Notes: generated by a model not told the origin, from the letters alone. Shown: positions 1 to 11,346, numbered from the stretch's first letter. The stretch is DNA of 64,000 nt from Desulfatiglandales bacterium (GCA_963662465.1 OY759599.1:6720001-6784000), one strand, 5' to 3'. A program made the numbers and translations.

Positions 1-345
1 TTTAAGCTTGCAGAGGCGGATGACCTGTTTTAAAAAACTGCCTTTTTTTGAATTGGGTTCCAGGAGAAAAAATTTCATTTCCGGTTTGCAAATCTTCAGT
101 GGAATGGCCGGAAAACCTGCTCCTGAGCCCACATCAAGAAGTAATCCTTTATCAGGAAGATATGTTGCCGGCATGAGAGAATCCGCTACCAGCTCATCGA
201 TAATGCGTTGGGTGGATGACAGGCCCGTCAGGTTCATGTGTTGATTCCAGGCTGTCAACTCCTCTATATAAACAACGAGAAGTTCCTTTTGTTTTGACGA
301 AAGGGTGATGTCGAGTCCGTCGAAACGCAATTCAGAGTCCTTCAT
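1..345 (-). CDS. rsmG: 16S rRNA m7G527 methyltransferase (5' part; runs off the window)
   Basis: Manual translation MKDSELRF...WNQHMNLTGL...DSL...LLDVGSGAGFPAIPLKI is the GidB/RsmG signature. Confidence 0.9.
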   Translation of the reverse strand, partial: MKDSELRFDGLDITLSSKQKELLVVYIEELTAWNQHMNLTGLSSTQRIIDELVADSLMPATYLPDKGLLLDVGSGAGFPAIPLKICKPEMKFFLLEPNSKKGSFLKQVIRLCKLK

Positions 346-470
346 TTCCTTATCGGCACTTCGTGCCTTATTTCCTAAAAGCCTGTCACAAAAAACAAGA
401 AATTCATTGACGGAACAACTTAAAACTTAAAACCTAAAACTTAAAACTTTTAGAACTGCGGCTTGCCGCG

Positions 471-1124
471 TTAGATGACAACGCGTCTCTTGATGATGGC
501 GACGGCTTCTTCGGGCGAATCCACCAGGCGAAAAATATCAAGATCCGATTCCGAAATGGTTTTTTCCCTGACCAATACCTCTTTAATCCAGTTCAACAGT
601 CCCCCCCAGTAGTCCGACCCCACCAGGATCACGGGAAAATGGCGAATTCTTTTGGTTTGGATGAGGGTCAAGGATTCAAAGAGCTCGTCAAGGGTGCCAA
701 ATCCGCCCGGCATGATAATATAAGCAACGGCATATTTTACAAACATGACCTTTCGAATGAAAAAGTACTTGAAGCTCAACCGAACATTGGCGTATTTGTT
801 GGGCTGTTGTTCATTGGGAAGCTCAATGTGAAGACCCACCGACTTTCCGTTTGCCTTGGCCGCTCCTAGGTTGGCGGCTTCCATAACGCCGGGCCCCCCG
901 CCTGAAATCACGTTAAAACCGCTTTCCACCAGGAGGCGAGCCGCTGTGACAGTGTCTTTGTACACGTCGCTGTCAGGTGGTGTTTTTGAAGAGCCGAAAA
1001 TACTGACGGCGGGATAGGCTTCCGGCATTTCTTCAAATCCCCGTACAAACTCTGCCATGATCTGGAATATCCGCCAGGAATCTTTCAAGTTCAGATCATC
1101 AACGATATATTGATTATTCTTCAT
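471..1124 (-). CDS. LOG family Rossmann-fold protein (TIGR00730-like)
   Basis: SGGGPGVMEAAN, FFIRKVMF and PGGFGTLDE motifs; start placed at MKNNQY. Confidence 0.9.
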   Translation of the reverse strand: MKNNQYIVDDLNLKDSWRIFQIMAEFVRGFEEMPEAYPAVSIFGSSKTPPDSDVYKDTVTAARLLVESGFNVISGGGPGVMEAANLGAAKANGKSVGLHIELPNEQQPNKYANVRLSFKYFFIRKVMFVKYAVAYIIMPGGFGTLDELFESLTLIQTKRIRHFPVILVGSDYWGGLLNWIKEVLVREKTISESDLDIFRLVDSPEEAVAIIKRRVVI

Positions 1125-1337
1125 GGTAAATATCCTTTCACCTTGGTTAAATCTACAAAAAAACCATTGCTTTTTATCATCGCATACTTTAGCTTTTAGC
1201 TTTAACCGACATGGAATAATAGGGCGATGGCGGATGGGTGTCAAGGGATAGATGGAATTATAGGCCTGTAGCGTCAATGATGGCGTTAAAGGAATGGGTA
1301 TCTTTAACCAGAAAACAAACAGTAAGGAGGTCGGCTA

Positions 1338-1544
1338 TTGGATCGAGTTGCGCGTGTCACTGAAATTATCGGCGCCTCTCCCGTGAGTTTTGATGAGGCA
1401 ATCAAAACCGGTTTTGAAAGGGCCAGAAAAACATTGAGGGGGATCACCGGTCTAAGGGTTCTCGAGCAAAGAGTCGCAGTCGAGGATGATACGATACGCG
1501 AATATCGGGTCAGAATGGAAGTTATATTTATTCTCGAAACGTAA
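1338..1544 (+). CDS. Dodecin family protein
   Basis: 68 aa, VTEIIGASPVSFDEAI...EYRVRMEVIF; AAGGAGG RBS upstream of a TTG start. Confidence 0.8.
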   Translation: MDRVARVTEIIGASPVSFDEAIKTGFERARKTLRGITGLRVLEQRVAVEDDTIREYRVRMEVIFILET

Positions 1545-1563
1545 ATTGAACGACCTAGAGGAA

Positions 1564-2268
1564 ATGATTATGGAAGAAGAGAATCGTCGGGGAAATACCC
1601 ATGATGCGGACCAGGATTTCTTGACGGACATCAGCAGTCAGTTTAGTGGAAAAGACCAAGAGGAAGATTTTTTGAATAGTATTGGTTCCTCTCCACGGGA
1701 AGATGTTCAGGTCAATGTGGGGGAACGAGTCAGACAGGTGAGGGAAGAACGGGAACTGACGCTGACGGATATTTCTCAGAGAACAGACCTGGATGTTGCA
1801 TTCCTGGAGCAGATCGAAAATGGTAGTGTGGCGCCGCCTCTTGGCACCGTTATTAAGCTGGCCAAGGCCCTGGATCTCAAAATGGGTTATTTTATATCGG
1901 GTGAGGAAAATATGCCCTATACCGTTGTGCGGAAAAACGACCGAAAAGTTATCTCACGTTACAGCGGCAAAAAGGGCAAATATTATGGATACGGCTATGA
2001 GTCATTGGCCCCCCATAAAAAAGATCGGCATATGGAACCCTTTCTCATTTCCCTTGAACCTTCCAAGACCGATGAAGAACGATCCGCACATGATGGGCAG
2101 GAATTTATTTATGTTTTGGAGGGCGCTATGGAAGTTAGACTCGGTGAAGCGGTTTACATTCTTGAAGCGGGTGATTCCATATACTATGACTCCACGGTTC
2201 CCCATCTTGTCAAGAATCATGGCGGTGATGTCGCCAGGATTTTGGCGGTTCTCTATTCGGAGGGATGA
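1564..2268 (+). CDS. XRE-family HTH regulator with C-terminal cupin
   Basis: VGERVRQVR...LEQIENG HTH; HDGQEFIYVLEG...GDSIYYDSTVPH cupin. Confidence 0.85.
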   Translation: MIMEEENRRGNTHDADQDFLTDISSQFSGKDQEEDFLNSIGSSPREDVQVNVGERVRQVREERELTLTDISQRTDLDVAFLEQIENGSVAPPLGTVIKLAKALDLKMGYFISGEENMPYTVVRKNDRKVISRYSGKKGKYYGYGYESLAPHKKDRHMEPFLISLEPSKTDEERSAHDGQEFIYVLEGAMEVRLGEAVYILEAGDSIYYDSTVPHLVKNHGGDVARILAVLYSEG

Positions 2269-2275
2269 ATCTTAA

Positions 2276-2698
2276 ATGATTGTGTTTGACTTGGAGTGTT
2301 CTCAGGGACACCTTTTCGAAGGCTGGTTCGACAGTCTGGAGTCCTTTGAGGAACAGAATTCTGAAGATCTTGTGCGGTGTCCTTATTGTGATGAGGCCAA
2401 TGTCAGGAAGGTCCTTTCGCCTGTGGCGCTAAGAATGTCATCACCGCAAGAGACCGACCATTCGACGGCCATCAATTATCAGCGTCTGGCAAGAGAGGTC
2501 GTTGAGTATATTAATAAAAATTCTGAAGATGTCGGCGCCCGATTCGCTGCCGAGGCTTTAAAAATCCATTACGGCGTTACTGAAAAAAGAAGCATTCGCG
2601 GATCGGCAACCGAGGAAGAGGAAAAGACGTTGAAAGAAGAGGGGGTGGCGTTTTTAAAGGTCCCTTTGCCCGTATCCGTCTCCGACAAAAAGAATTGA
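2276..2698 (+). CDS. DUF1178 family protein
   Basis: MIVFDLECSQGHLFEGWF...CPYC...FAAEALKIHYG...IRG. Confidence 0.85.
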   Translation: MIVFDLECSQGHLFEGWFDSLESFEEQNSEDLVRCPYCDEANVRKVLSPVALRMSSPQETDHSTAINYQRLAREVVEYINKNSEDVGARFAAEALKIHYGVTEKRSIRGSATEEEEKTLKEEGVAFLKVPLPVSVSDKKN

Positions 2699-2756
2699 AT
2701 GGATAAAGGCACGGACGCAGCGTAGAATTTCCGCCTATTAATGAGGAGTGGTATGT

Positions 2757-3353
2757 ATGAGTAAGATAAAAAGAGCGATCATCAGCGTTACCGACAAAAC
2801 GGGGATTGTGGATTTTGCATTATCCCTGAGCAAATTCCATGTGGAGATACTGTCAACGGGGGGGACGGCCAAAGCCTTGCGTGAGGGCGGTGTTTCCGTG
2901 ACGGATATTTCAGCGTATACCGGTTTTCCGGAAATGATGGACGGTCGCGTCAAAACGCTTCATCCGAAGGTGCATGGCGGGCTTCTGGGCTTGCGCGATA
3001 ACCCCGATCATGTCAAAGTGATGGCGGAGCATGGGATCAAAGGGATCGACCTGCTGGTGGTGAATCTGTACCAGTTTGAAAAGACCGTATCCAAAAAAGG
3101 CGTGACGTTGGCGGAGGCCATCGAGAATATCGATATTGGAGGGCCCTCCATGCTTCGATCCGCCGCGAAGAATTTTAAGGATGTTACGGTCGTTGTTGAT
3201 CCTGACGATTATCCTGGGGTTTTGGCGGAGATGAACGCTACGGCCGGGGAGACACAGCTCTCCACAAGGTTTCGATTGGCCAAAAAGGTGTTCCGTTTGA
3301 CCCATGAATACGATGGCGCCATAAGCCGGTATCTGGAAATAACGGAATTATAA
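2757..3353 (+). CDS. purH: Stand-alone IMP cyclohydrolase (PurH N-terminal domain)
   Basis: [39 protein letters not shown]; the AICAR transformylase half is absent. Confidence 0.85.
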   Translation: MSKIKRAIISVTDKTGIVDFALSLSKFHVEILSTGGTAKALREGGVSVTDISAYTGFPEMMDGRVKTLHPKVHGGLLGLRDNPDHVKVMAEHGIKGIDLLVVNLYQFEKTVSKKGVTLAEAIENIDIGGPSMLRSAAKNFKDVTVVVDPDDYPGVLAEMNATAGETQLSTRFRLAKKVFRLTHEYDGAISRYLEITEL

Positions 3354-3387
3354 AGGGGTTTGTCCGGCAAAAAAACTTCTGTTCTGC

Positions 3388-4269
3388 TCAGGGGTAAACC
3401 GCCCTGATATTTCGCTGGATTCTTCGAAGACCGGGGCGGGCAAGGGCCGTTTTGCCAAATTGATTGTCAAATTCTTCATTGTCCATTTGCAGAAACGCCT
3501 CGATAGAGGGAAGCGAGGCCGTTTTGGCTTTTTTAACTTGATTGAACGGGCATACTTCCTGGCAAATATCACACCCCAGGAAACATTGACCCATCTTTTT
3601 CCCTGTTTCACGACCAAATTCGCCATCATATTCAATGGTGAGGTACGAAAGGCATTTGGACGCATCCAGGTGGTAAGGACCTTCAAGAGCGCCGGTGGGG
3701 CAGGCATCCAGGCAGCGTGTGCAGGGACCGCAACGGTTTTTCATGGGTTGGACTTCATGACAAGGCAGGGAAGCCGTGGTTAGAATTTCAGCCAGAAAAA
3801 CATAGGAACCCTCACCGGGAACAATCAGCATGTTATTTTTCCCCAAAAAACCCATTCCGGATTTATAGGCAAAACTCCGTTCAAGGATTGGCGCCGAATC
3901 GACGCAAACCCTGGTTTTGGCATTCGGGTATGATTCCCTGAGCTGCAAAGCGAGGTCCTTGGCTTTTTTTCGAAGCCGACGGTGATAGTCCTCCTTTTGG
4001 GGCTCGCTGTATCTGGCCATGGCAAACCCTTCAGGCGTACAGGGTTTTGTGGGAGAATAGGGGTAGGCCAGGCTGATGATGGTTCGGCATTCCGGAAGGA
4101 GCATCTCCGGGTTTTCTCTCAAATCCCGATGCCTTTTGAGCCATGCCATCCGCCCCAATTTTCCGGCCTCAACCCATGTGCAAAATTCGTCGAAAAACAG
4201 AGGCTTCAGGGGTCGAGAGAACCCTATCGCAACAAAACCCAATGCTTTGGCCTGGTCAACAATATCCAT
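3388..4269 (-). CDS. queG: Epoxyqueuosine reductase
   Basis: DYH, VDSAPILER, GKN, CGPCTRCLDACPTGA, GCDICQEVCPFN. Confidence 0.9.
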   Translation of the reverse strand: MDIVDQAKALGFVAIGFSRPLKPLFFDEFCTWVEAGKLGRMAWLKRHRDLRENPEMLLPECRTIISLAYPYSPTKPCTPEGFAMARYSEPQKEDYHRRLRKKAKDLALQLRESYPNAKTRVCVDSAPILERSFAYKSGMGFLGKNNMLIVPGEGSYVFLAEILTTASLPCHEVQPMKNRCGPCTRCLDACPTGALEGPYHLDASKCLSYLTIEYDGEFGRETGKKMGQCFLGCDICQEVCPFNQVKKAKTASLPSIEAFLQMDNEEFDNQFGKTALARPGLRRIQRNIRAVYP

Positions 4270-4283
4270 GATTTTCCGTAGGG

Positions 4284-5177
4284 TTATTCGACGGAAAAGG
4301 GGGTGAGGCTTTCAACGCCATCCTCCGTAACAAGCAAGCTTTGTTCAAACTGCGCGGAAAGCGCCCCATCCAGCGTGACCGCTGTCCAGTTGTCGTCCAG
4401 CACGCGGAGATCCTTTTTGCCCAGGTTGATCATGGGTTCAATGGTGAAAACCATTCCCGGAATCAGCGCGATGCCTTCCCCGCAACGCCCATGGTGAGGC
4501 ACCTGGGGCGGTTCGTGAAAATCAAGGCCAACGCCATGACCTACAAATTCCCTTACGACCGAGCAGCCTTGACTTTCCGCATAGGACTGAATCGCAAAGC
4601 CGATGTCGCCGATACGATTTCCGGGGCGGACCATCATCATGCCCCGTTTGAGACATTCACGCGCCACGGCCACAATTTTTTGGGCGTTTGAATCCGGGGC
4701 GCCCACAAAAAACGTTTTATTGACATCGGCGTAATATCCATCCAGGATGGGTGTAACATCCACATTGACGATATCGCCATCCGCCAGGATTCTGTCGCCG
4801 GGGATGCCGTGGCAAATGACCTCGTTTACGGAAACGCAAACGCTTTTTGGAAAGCCCCGGTAACCCAGCGGCGCCGGTATGGCGCCATGTTTAAGGGTGT
4901 ACTCGTGAACGATGGTGTTGACGTCGTCCGTGGTCATCCCGGATTGAATGGATGATTCCACCAGATCAAGGGTGGCGAGAGCAAGACGTCCTGCTTTTTT
5001 TATCCCCTGGATGTCCCTTGAGTCCTTGATCCGAATGCCATGTTTTTGAAGGTATAGATTTTTGTTGCTGTTTTTGGGCTGTAAACTTTCTTTGTGAAGA
5101 CAGCATTTCTTGTATTTCAGACCGCTTCCACAGGGGCAGGGGTCGTTGCGATGTATCTTCACCCTTTTGTTTTTCAT
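4284..5177 (-). CDS. map: Type I methionine aminopeptidase with N-terminal SEC-C motif
   Basis: [43 protein letters not shown]. Confidence 0.92.
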   Translation of the reverse strand: MKNKRVKIHRNDPCPCGSGLKYKKCCLHKESLQPKNSNKNLYLQKHGIRIKDSRDIQGIKKAGRLALATLDLVESSIQSGMTTDDVNTIVHEYTLKHGAIPAPLGYRGFPKSVCVSVNEVICHGIPGDRILADGDIVNVDVTPILDGYYADVNKTFFVGAPDSNAQKIVAVARECLKRGMMMVRPGNRIGDIGFAIQSYAESQGCSVVREFVGHGVGLDFHEPPQVPHHGRCGEGIALIPGMVFTIEPMINLGKKDLRVLDDNWTAVTLDGALSAQFEQSLLVTEDGVESLTPFSVE

Positions 5178-5356
5178 TAAAAATTTTTCAACCTCTGGTT
5201 TAGAATTTACAATTCCATAAAATTCAGAGGCCCTTAAACCTTGAATCGGGCATCCCTGGATGTTATAAGAAGCGCCACTATAACAGGGCGTGGTTTTCAG
5301 GTCAATGGCTTGAAAGTATGTTCATCAAGCGCCAATGATATCAAAGGTCTAAAAAC

Positions 5357-6325
5357 ATGAAAAAAACAGCTTTAATTCTGGGCGTTTCCGGTCAGGACGG
5401 GTCGTATCTGGCAAAATTTCTTCTGGCAAAGGGCTACCGGGTTGTGGGTTCTTCACGGGATGCTCAAATGTCTTCTTTTTCCAATTTGAAGCGTTTGCGC
5501 GTTTATGACGCGATAGAACTTGAATCCGTATCCTTGAACGATTTTCGAAGCGTGCTGCAGGTTCTCAAAAAAGTGCGACCGAATGAAGTCTATAATCTTG
5601 CCGGACAGACTTCCGTGGGGTTATCTTTTGAGCAACCGGTTGAGTCGTTTGAAAGCATTAGCATCGGCACTTTGAACCTGTTGGAATCCATTCGGTTTTT
5701 AAATATTCCGACCCGCCTCTATAATGCGGGTTCCAGTGAATGCTTTGGCAATACGGAAGGCGTTTCGGCCAATGAGGATACACCCTTTCGACCCAGGAGT
5801 CCATATGCCGTGGCAAAGGCGGCCGCTTTCTGGCATATGGCCAATTACCGGGAAGCCTATGGGCTTTTTGCTTGTTCAGGTCTGCTGTTTAATCATGAGT
5901 CCCCACTGAGGCCGGAACGGTTCGTGACCCGCAAAATTGTGAATGCGGTTTGCCGTATCGCGAGGGGAAGCGCCGAGGTTTTGGAGCTTGGAAATATTGC
6001 AGTCGAGCGAGATTGGGGATGGGCCCCTGAATACATCGAGGCCATGTGGCTCATGCTTCAGCAGGAAAACCCGGAGGACTACGTCATCGCCACCGGCGAA
6101 ACCCACAAACTGGAAGATTTTGTTTGTGACGCCTTTAATGCGGTGGGTTTGAATTGGAACGATCATGTGAAGACAAATCGGTCTCTATTTCGGCCGACGG
6201 ATATTTTAACCGTCAAGGCAAATCCGGACAAAGCCTTTAGAAAATTGGGATGGAAGGCCCGATATAAAATGAAGGATGTGGCCGGGAAGATGGTGGCTGA
6301 AGAGCTTAAGCTTTTGGAAAAATAG
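5357..6325 (+). CDS. gmd: GDP-mannose 4,6-dehydratase family protein
   Basis: GVSGQDGSYLA, PRSPYAVAK, NHESPLRPERFVTRK, RDWGWAPEY. Confidence 0.85.
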   Translation: MKKTALILGVSGQDGSYLAKFLLAKGYRVVGSSRDAQMSSFSNLKRLRVYDAIELESVSLNDFRSVLQVLKKVRPNEVYNLAGQTSVGLSFEQPVESFESISIGTLNLLESIRFLNIPTRLYNAGSSECFGNTEGVSANEDTPFRPRSPYAVAKAAAFWHMANYREAYGLFACSGLLFNHESPLRPERFVTRKIVNAVCRIARGSAEVLELGNIAVERDWGWAPEYIEAMWLMLQQENPEDYVIATGETHKLEDFVCDAFNAVGLNWNDHVKTNRSLFRPTDILTVKANPDKAFRKLGWKARYKMKDVAGKMVAEELKLLEK

Positions 6326-6446
6326 AGGTCGGACATCAGAAGTCAGGAGACGGAGTTCTTAGCAAAACCAAATGTTTTGCCACAGAGAGCCTTATTCTTT
6401 TGACGGAGTTTATGGCATAAGGACCTAAAATATTCGGAGAAAATCT

Positions 6447-7532
6447 ATGAAAAGAGCACTGATAACCGGAATTACCGGGCAGGATGGGGCCTATTTGGCT
6501 GAGCTGATGTTAAAGAAGGATTATGAGGTTCACGGTATTAAGCGCAGGGCTTCCCAGTTTAATACGGACCGAATCGATCACCTTTACCAGGATCCCCATG
6601 AATCCGACAGACGGTTTGTGCTTCACTACGGAGATATGACCGATTCCACTAATCTTATCCGTATTGTTCAGCAGGTGCAACCTGATGAAATTTACAACCT
6701 TGCTGCCCAGAGTCACGTTCAAGTGTCTTTTGAAACCCCTGAGTATACCGCGAATGCGGATGCCCTGGGTACACTTCGGATTCTCGAGGCCGTTCGTATC
6801 CTGGGGCTTGAAAAGAAAACAAAATTCTATCAGGCGTCTACCTCCGAACTTTACGGACTGGTTCAGGAGACGCCGCAAACCGAAAAAACCCCTTTCTATC
6901 CGCGTTCTCCCTATGCGGCGGCAAAGCTCTATGCCTATTGGATTACCGTCAATTACAGAGAGGCTTACGGTATTTTCGGGTGCAACGGCATCCTGTTTAA
7001 TCACGAATCACCCATACGGGGTGAAACCTTTGTGACCCGGAAAATTACAAGAGGTTTGGCGCGGATCAAGTTGGGATTTCAGGATTGTATTTATTTGGGG
7101 AACCTTGATGGAAAACGAGACTGGGGGCATGCTCGGGACTATGTGGAATTGATGTGGCTGATGCTCCAGCAAAAAGAACCAAAGGATTATGTGATTGCCA
7201 CGGGGATACAGCACTCGGTTAGGGATTTCGTCAACATCGCGGGTAGGGAGGTCGGTTTTGACATGCGCTGGGAAGGTGAAGGCGTTCTGGAAAAGGGATA
7301 TGACCGAAATACCGGAAAATGCATTGTGGCCGTCGACCCCAGATACTATCGTCCTACGGAGGTTGATGCCCTTCTGGGGGATGCAAGTCTTGCACGGGAA
7401 GCGCTGGGCTGGACGCCCAAGACCTCATTTGAGGAGATGGTGACGGAAATGGTTGCTCAGGATCTTAAGGAAACCAGCCGTGATCTGCTTTGCAGCAACG
7501 AAGGGTTCTCCGTCAAAAATTATTTCGAGTGA
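6447..7532 (+). CDS. gmd: GDP-mannose 4,6-dehydratase
   Basis: [45 protein letters not shown]. Confidence 0.95.
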   Translation: MKRALITGITGQDGAYLAELMLKKDYEVHGIKRRASQFNTDRIDHLYQDPHESDRRFVLHYGDMTDSTNLIRIVQQVQPDEIYNLAAQSHVQVSFETPEYTANADALGTLRILEAVRILGLEKKTKFYQASTSELYGLVQETPQTEKTPFYPRSPYAAAKLYAYWITVNYREAYGIFGCNGILFNHESPIRGETFVTRKITRGLARIKLGFQDCIYLGNLDGKRDWGHARDYVELMWLMLQQKEPKDYVIATGIQHSVRDFVNIAGREVGFDMRWEGEGVLEKGYDRNTGKCIVAVDPRYYRPTEVDALLGDASLAREALGWTPKTSFEEMVTEMVAQDLKETSRDLLCSNEGFSVKNYFE

Positions 7533-7709
7533 TACCTCTTATGTGAATGGGCAGAAGAAACTTATTGACAGGGAACCACTTCGCTGATATTAATTTATGT
7601 TTTCAATTTTAGAACGGCTCCTTGTCCCTCAATGCTTATGGATTTGCCATGCAAGAGCAGGGACCGAAGAAATCCTGGAAAAGGAAATGCCCGAAGGGAG
7701 AAAAAGAGT

Positions 7710-8144
7710 ATGCGATATTATGAAACCCTGTATATCATCAACCCTAGTTTGGCGGAAGAAGATTACCGTGCTGTTGTCGCCAAATTTACAGATGCCGTGG
7801 GTAAAAACAAAGGCGTTGTAACCAAAGTAGATGAATGGGGCAAGAAAACATTAGCTTATGACATCAAAAAATTTGATAAGGGCTATTATGTGCTTCTGCA
7901 GTATTGTGGGGAAGCGGGTTTGACTGCGGAACTGAAAAGAGAAATGAGTCTGGATGACAGAATCCTTAAATATCAGATCATCAAATTGAGTGATAATGCT
8001 GATCTTGAAGAACTGATGCCAAAGCCTGTTGCAAGCGAAGTCGAAGCTGAAGCTAAGGTCGCTGAAGCCGAAGTACCCGAAGGCGAAGCAGTCAAAAAAG
8101 AGGAAACAATTACGGAAGGCGAGGGTGAAAAAGATGGCTTTTAA
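7710..8144 (+). CDS. rpsF: 30S ribosomal protein S6
   Basis: [12 protein letters not shown]...[12 protein letters not shown]; acidic C-terminal tail. Confidence 0.95.
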   Translation: MRYYETLYIINPSLAEEDYRAVVAKFTDAVGKNKGVVTKVDEWGKKTLAYDIKKFDKGYYVLLQYCGEAGLTAELKREMSLDDRILKYQIIKLSDNADLEELMPKPVASEVEAEAKVAEAEVPEGEAVKKEETITEGEGEKDGF

Positions 8145-8421
8145 TAGATCTTTTAACAAAAGTAGTGGCGATAATCGAAACAAGGGCAAGTTCAGGAAAA
8201 CATTCCACAGACGAAAAGTGTGCAAATTCTGTGCGGACAGCAGCCTTCCCATTGATTATAAAGACGTTAAGGTTCTCAGGTATTTCACGACCGAACGAGG
8301 TAAAATTACGCCGCGTAGGATTTCCGGGAACTGTGCCAAGCACCAGCGCATTCTAACCGTGGCCATCAAGCGGGCACGGAACATTGCCCTTTTGCCATAT
8401 ACAACGTCTATCATCCGATAA
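8134..8421 (+). CDS. rpsR: 30S ribosomal protein S18
   Basis: RRKVCKFC...IDYKDV...[23 protein letters not shown]. Confidence 0.95.
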   Translation: MAFNRSFNKSSGDNRNKGKFRKTFHRRKVCKFCADSSLPIDYKDVKVLRYFTTERGKITPRRISGNCAKHQRILTVAIKRARNIALLPYTTSIIR

Positions 8422-8435
8422 TCCCAAATTCTTTA

Positions 8436-8477
8436 AAAACACTCTGGAGCCTCTTCAGAGTGTTTGGGGCTTTTTTG
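8436..8477 (+). terminator. Probable intrinsic terminator/hairpin after rpsR
   Basis: AAACACTCTG-GAG...TTCAGAGTGTTT stem followed by a T run. Confidence 0.5.
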
Positions 8478-8493
8478 CCATTCCTGAAATTCG

Positions 8494-9432
8494 ATGAAAA
8501 CGACAGATGTGCTAGGGTGTGTGGGTGGGGCCGCGTTTCTTCTTCTGGCTTCCGCTTGGATTCCTTTTATAGGCCCTTTTTTCAGTCTCCTGACACCATT
8601 GCCGTTTCTCTGTTACGCAACCCGCCTGGGTCTCCGCCAGGGGATAAAGCTTGGAGCGGTAGCCGTCTTTATCATCGGACTCCTTGCCAACTTTATGGGA
8701 CAGCCGCAGATTGTACTTTTTGTTCTTGAGTTCAGCATTATTGGCGTGGGTTTATCTGAGCTTTTCAGACGGGAGCTGGCCCTGGGTAAAATGTTGTTTC
8801 TGGCAACGGTTTTTATGCTTTTGCTGGGTTTTGTGTTGCTTTTTTTCATCGCTCTTTCAGAAAATATGGGTCCCATTGAGATGATTCTTGCCTATATGGC
8901 GGAACACCTGAATGCTACCGTTGCGGCCTATAAGGATGTGAATGTGGAAGGCGCCAATTCTCTGGATTTAGAGACTTACGCAAAGGCATTCATGTTGGTC
9001 ATTTCGAAAATATACCCTTCCCTTATGATTATCGGTACGGGGTTTGCGCTCTGGCTGAATATTGTAATTGCCAAACCGCTCTTCAGTTTGTGGGGCCTGA
9101 AATATCCCCATTTTGAACCGATGGACTGCTGGCAGTCCTCTGAATCGCTGGTGTGGGGGGTCATCATTTCCGGTTTTGCATTATTTTTGTCATCAGGGAG
9201 TGTTGAATTTCTGGCCATAAACGCCCTGATTGTTATTGTGGCCATCTATCTTTTTCACGGGCTATCGATCGTGCTGTTCTTCTTGAATAAATATAAGGTT
9301 CCCACTTGGATCAGAGTTGGCGTGTATTTTTTGATCATGATTCAGCAGCTCTTTTTTGTTGTGCTGATACTTGCCGGTTTGTTTGATCAGTGGGCTGATT
9401 TCAGGAGAATACATCGAAGATCCGATAGCTGA
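8494..9432 (+). CDS. YybS/DUF2232 family membrane protein
   Basis: Polytopic hydrophobic protein ending GLFDQWADFR, in the conserved rpsR-rplI position. Confidence 0.85.
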   Translation: MKTTDVLGCVGGAAFLLLASAWIPFIGPFFSLLTPLPFLCYATRLGLRQGIKLGAVAVFIIGLLANFMGQPQIVLFVLEFSIIGVGLSELFRRELALGKMLFLATVFMLLLGFVLLFFIALSENMGPIEMILAYMAEHLNATVAAYKDVNVEGANSLDLETYAKAFMLVISKIYPSLMIIGTGFALWLNIVIAKPLFSLWGLKYPHFEPMDCWQSSESLVWGVIISGFALFLSSGSVEFLAINALIVIVAIYLFHGLSIVLFFLNKYKVPTWIRVGVYFLIMIQQLFFVVLILAGLFDQWADFRRIHRRSDS

Positions 9433-9453
9433 TGCAGTATGGAGGACAACCGA

Positions 9454-9915
9454 ATGGAAGTAATTTTGAGACAGGATGTAGATGAGTTAGGCCTCGAAGG
9501 AGACGTTGTCAAAGTGGCCAAGGGGTATGCCCGAAACTATCTGATACCGCAGTCTATGGCCCTGGAAGCCTCGGAGCATAATAGAAAGGCCCTTGAACTT
9601 CAGCGAAAGAAAATTCAGTTGAAACGCTTGAGGGTTAAAGAAGAGGCGGAAAAAGTTAAAACCGAAATGGAAGCGGTTGTGATTACTTTTTCACAAAAGG
9701 CGGGTGAAGAGGGAAAACTTTATGGTTCTGTGACGTCCATGGACATTGCTTTACAGCTGAAAAACCAGGGTATCGACATTGACAGAAGAAAAATTGTGAT
9801 GGAAAAGCCCATTAAGACCGTAGGCGAATTTGAGGTAGAGCTTAAGCTTTATCCCGGGGTCAGCGCGACCATGAAAGTTGTGGTAAAAGCGGATGCGGAA
9901 GCGGCTCAAGAATAA
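9454..9915 (+). CDS. rplI: 50S ribosomal protein L9
   Basis: MEVILRQDVDELG..GDVVKVAKGYARNYLIP; GKLYGSVT. Confidence 0.95.
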   Translation: MEVILRQDVDELGLEGDVVKVAKGYARNYLIPQSMALEASEHNRKALELQRKKIQLKRLRVKEEAEKVKTEMEAVVITFSQKAGEEGKLYGSVTSMDIALQLKNQGIDIDRRKIVMEKPIKTVGEFEVELKLYPGVSATMKVVVKADAEAAQE

Positions 9916-9981
9916 TATGTATGATTTTTTGGGTTTGACCCTGCCTCGTTTATAATGCGTAGATCATACGGTGATTCATTC

Positions 9982-11346
9982 ATGCCTGGAAACAAAGATC
10001 GAGCTGCCCGTATTTCTCCGAAAGTTCCGCCTCGCAATATGGAGGCGGAACAGGCTGTGTTGGGAGGGATACTGATTAACAATGATGCCATGAATCAACT
10101 CATGGATATCCTTTCTCCTGATGATTTTTATCGGGAGGCCCACGCTGCTATTTTTGAAGGAATGGCTTCTCTGTATAATGATGGAGAACCCATTGACATT
10201 ATAACGCTTTCAGAAGCTCTTCTTAAAAAAAACCGGCTGGAAAAGGTGGGCGGCGCCGACTATCTGGGCGTTCTGGTTCAGGCGGTTTCCACTTCCGCGG
10301 GGATCGTTTATCATGCGGAAATTATCAGGCATGCCTCGGTACGGAGGCGGTTGATTGCTGAGTGTTCCGCTATTTCAGAATTATGCTTTCAGGAACAGGA
10401 GGATACCGATGATCTTCTTGAGAAAGCTGAACAGTCGATCTTCAATATCGCTGAATCGCAGGTCAAGGACGGATTCGAGAGCCTGAAACAGGTTATCAGG
10501 GGCAGTTTCAAAAAGGTGGAGAAAGCGGGGGAGACCCAGGGGTCCGTGACGGGCGTCACCACCGGGTTTGAACATTTTGACCGCCTTACCGCCGGCCTTC
10601 AGCCATCGGACCTGATTATCGTGGCCGGCAGACCCAGCATGGGGAAAACAGCATTGGCCCTTAACATGGGATATAACGCGGCCAAAGCGAGCGGAACGGC
10701 CGTGGCTGTGTTTTCCCTTGAAATGTCCAAGCAACAGTTGGGTATCCGGTTGCTTGGCTTTGAATCCAGAATTGATGCGACCCGATTGAGAACCGGAAGG
10801 CTTAAAAAACATGAATGGCAGGACCTTATTGATTCGGCCGATCGCCTTTCCGAAATCCCCATCTTCATAGATGACAGTTCTGCCATCAGCGTGTTGGAAA
10901 TGAAGGCGAAATGCCGAAGATTAAAAAAAAGAGGCGGATTGGGCCTTGTGATTGTGGATTACATGCAGTTAATCTACGGTCGAAAATCCGCGGAATCCCG
11001 GCAGTTGGAGATGTCGGAAATATCCAGATCCCTGAAGGGGTTGGCCAAAGATCTCGACATACCTGTGGTGGCGCTATCCCAGCTTAACCGAAAAGTTGAG
11101 GATCGGCCGAATAAAAGGCCGCAGCTGGCTGACTTGAGAGAAAGCGGCGCCATAGAACAGGATGCTGATGTGATTGTTTTTATTTACAGAGACGAGGTTT
11201 ACAATCCTCAGTCGGAAGAGAGCCGGAATATTGCGGAAATTATCATCGGAAAGCAGCGAAACGGTCCAACGGGTTCCGTCAAGCTGACCTTCCTGAAGGA
11301 ATTGACGCGGTTTGAGAATTTTATTCAGGAAGATGTACCCATGTAA
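9982..11346 (+). CDS. dnaB: Replicative DNA helicase
   Basis: PPRNMEAEQAVLG, AGRPSMGKT, SQLNRKVE, DLRESGAIEQDAD, KQRNGPTG. Confidence 0.97.
   Translation: MPGNKDRAARISPKVPPRNMEAEQAVLGGILINNDAMNQLMDILSPDDFYREAHAAIFEGMASLYNDGEPIDIITLSEALLKKNRLEKVGGADYLGVLVQAVSTSAGIVYHAEIIRHASVRRRLIAECSAISELCFQEQEDTDDLLEKAEQSIFNIAESQVKDGFESLKQVIRGSFKKVEKAGETQGSVTGVTTGFEHFDRLTAGLQPSDLIIVAGRPSMGKTALALNMGYNAAKASGTAVAVFSLEMSKQQLGIRLLGFESRIDATRLRTGRLKKHEWQDLIDSADRLSEIPIFIDDSSAISVLEMKAKCRRLKKRGGLGLVIVDYMQLIYGRKSAESRQLEMSEISRSLKGLAKDLDIPVVALSQLNRKVEDRPNKRPQLADLRESGAIEQDADVIVFIYRDEVYNPQSEESRNIAEIIIGKQRNGPTGSVKLTFLKELTRFENFIQEDVPM

Noticed and set aside
415..450. Heptamer repeats (CTTAAAA)n, and similar short repeats near 6330 and 11420-11550
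   Set aside because: Short low-complexity intergenic repeats with no further structure I can support.
2757..3353. purH as a truncated pseudogene
   Set aside because: Clean domain boundary and stop; stand-alone IMP cyclohydrolase domains are known.
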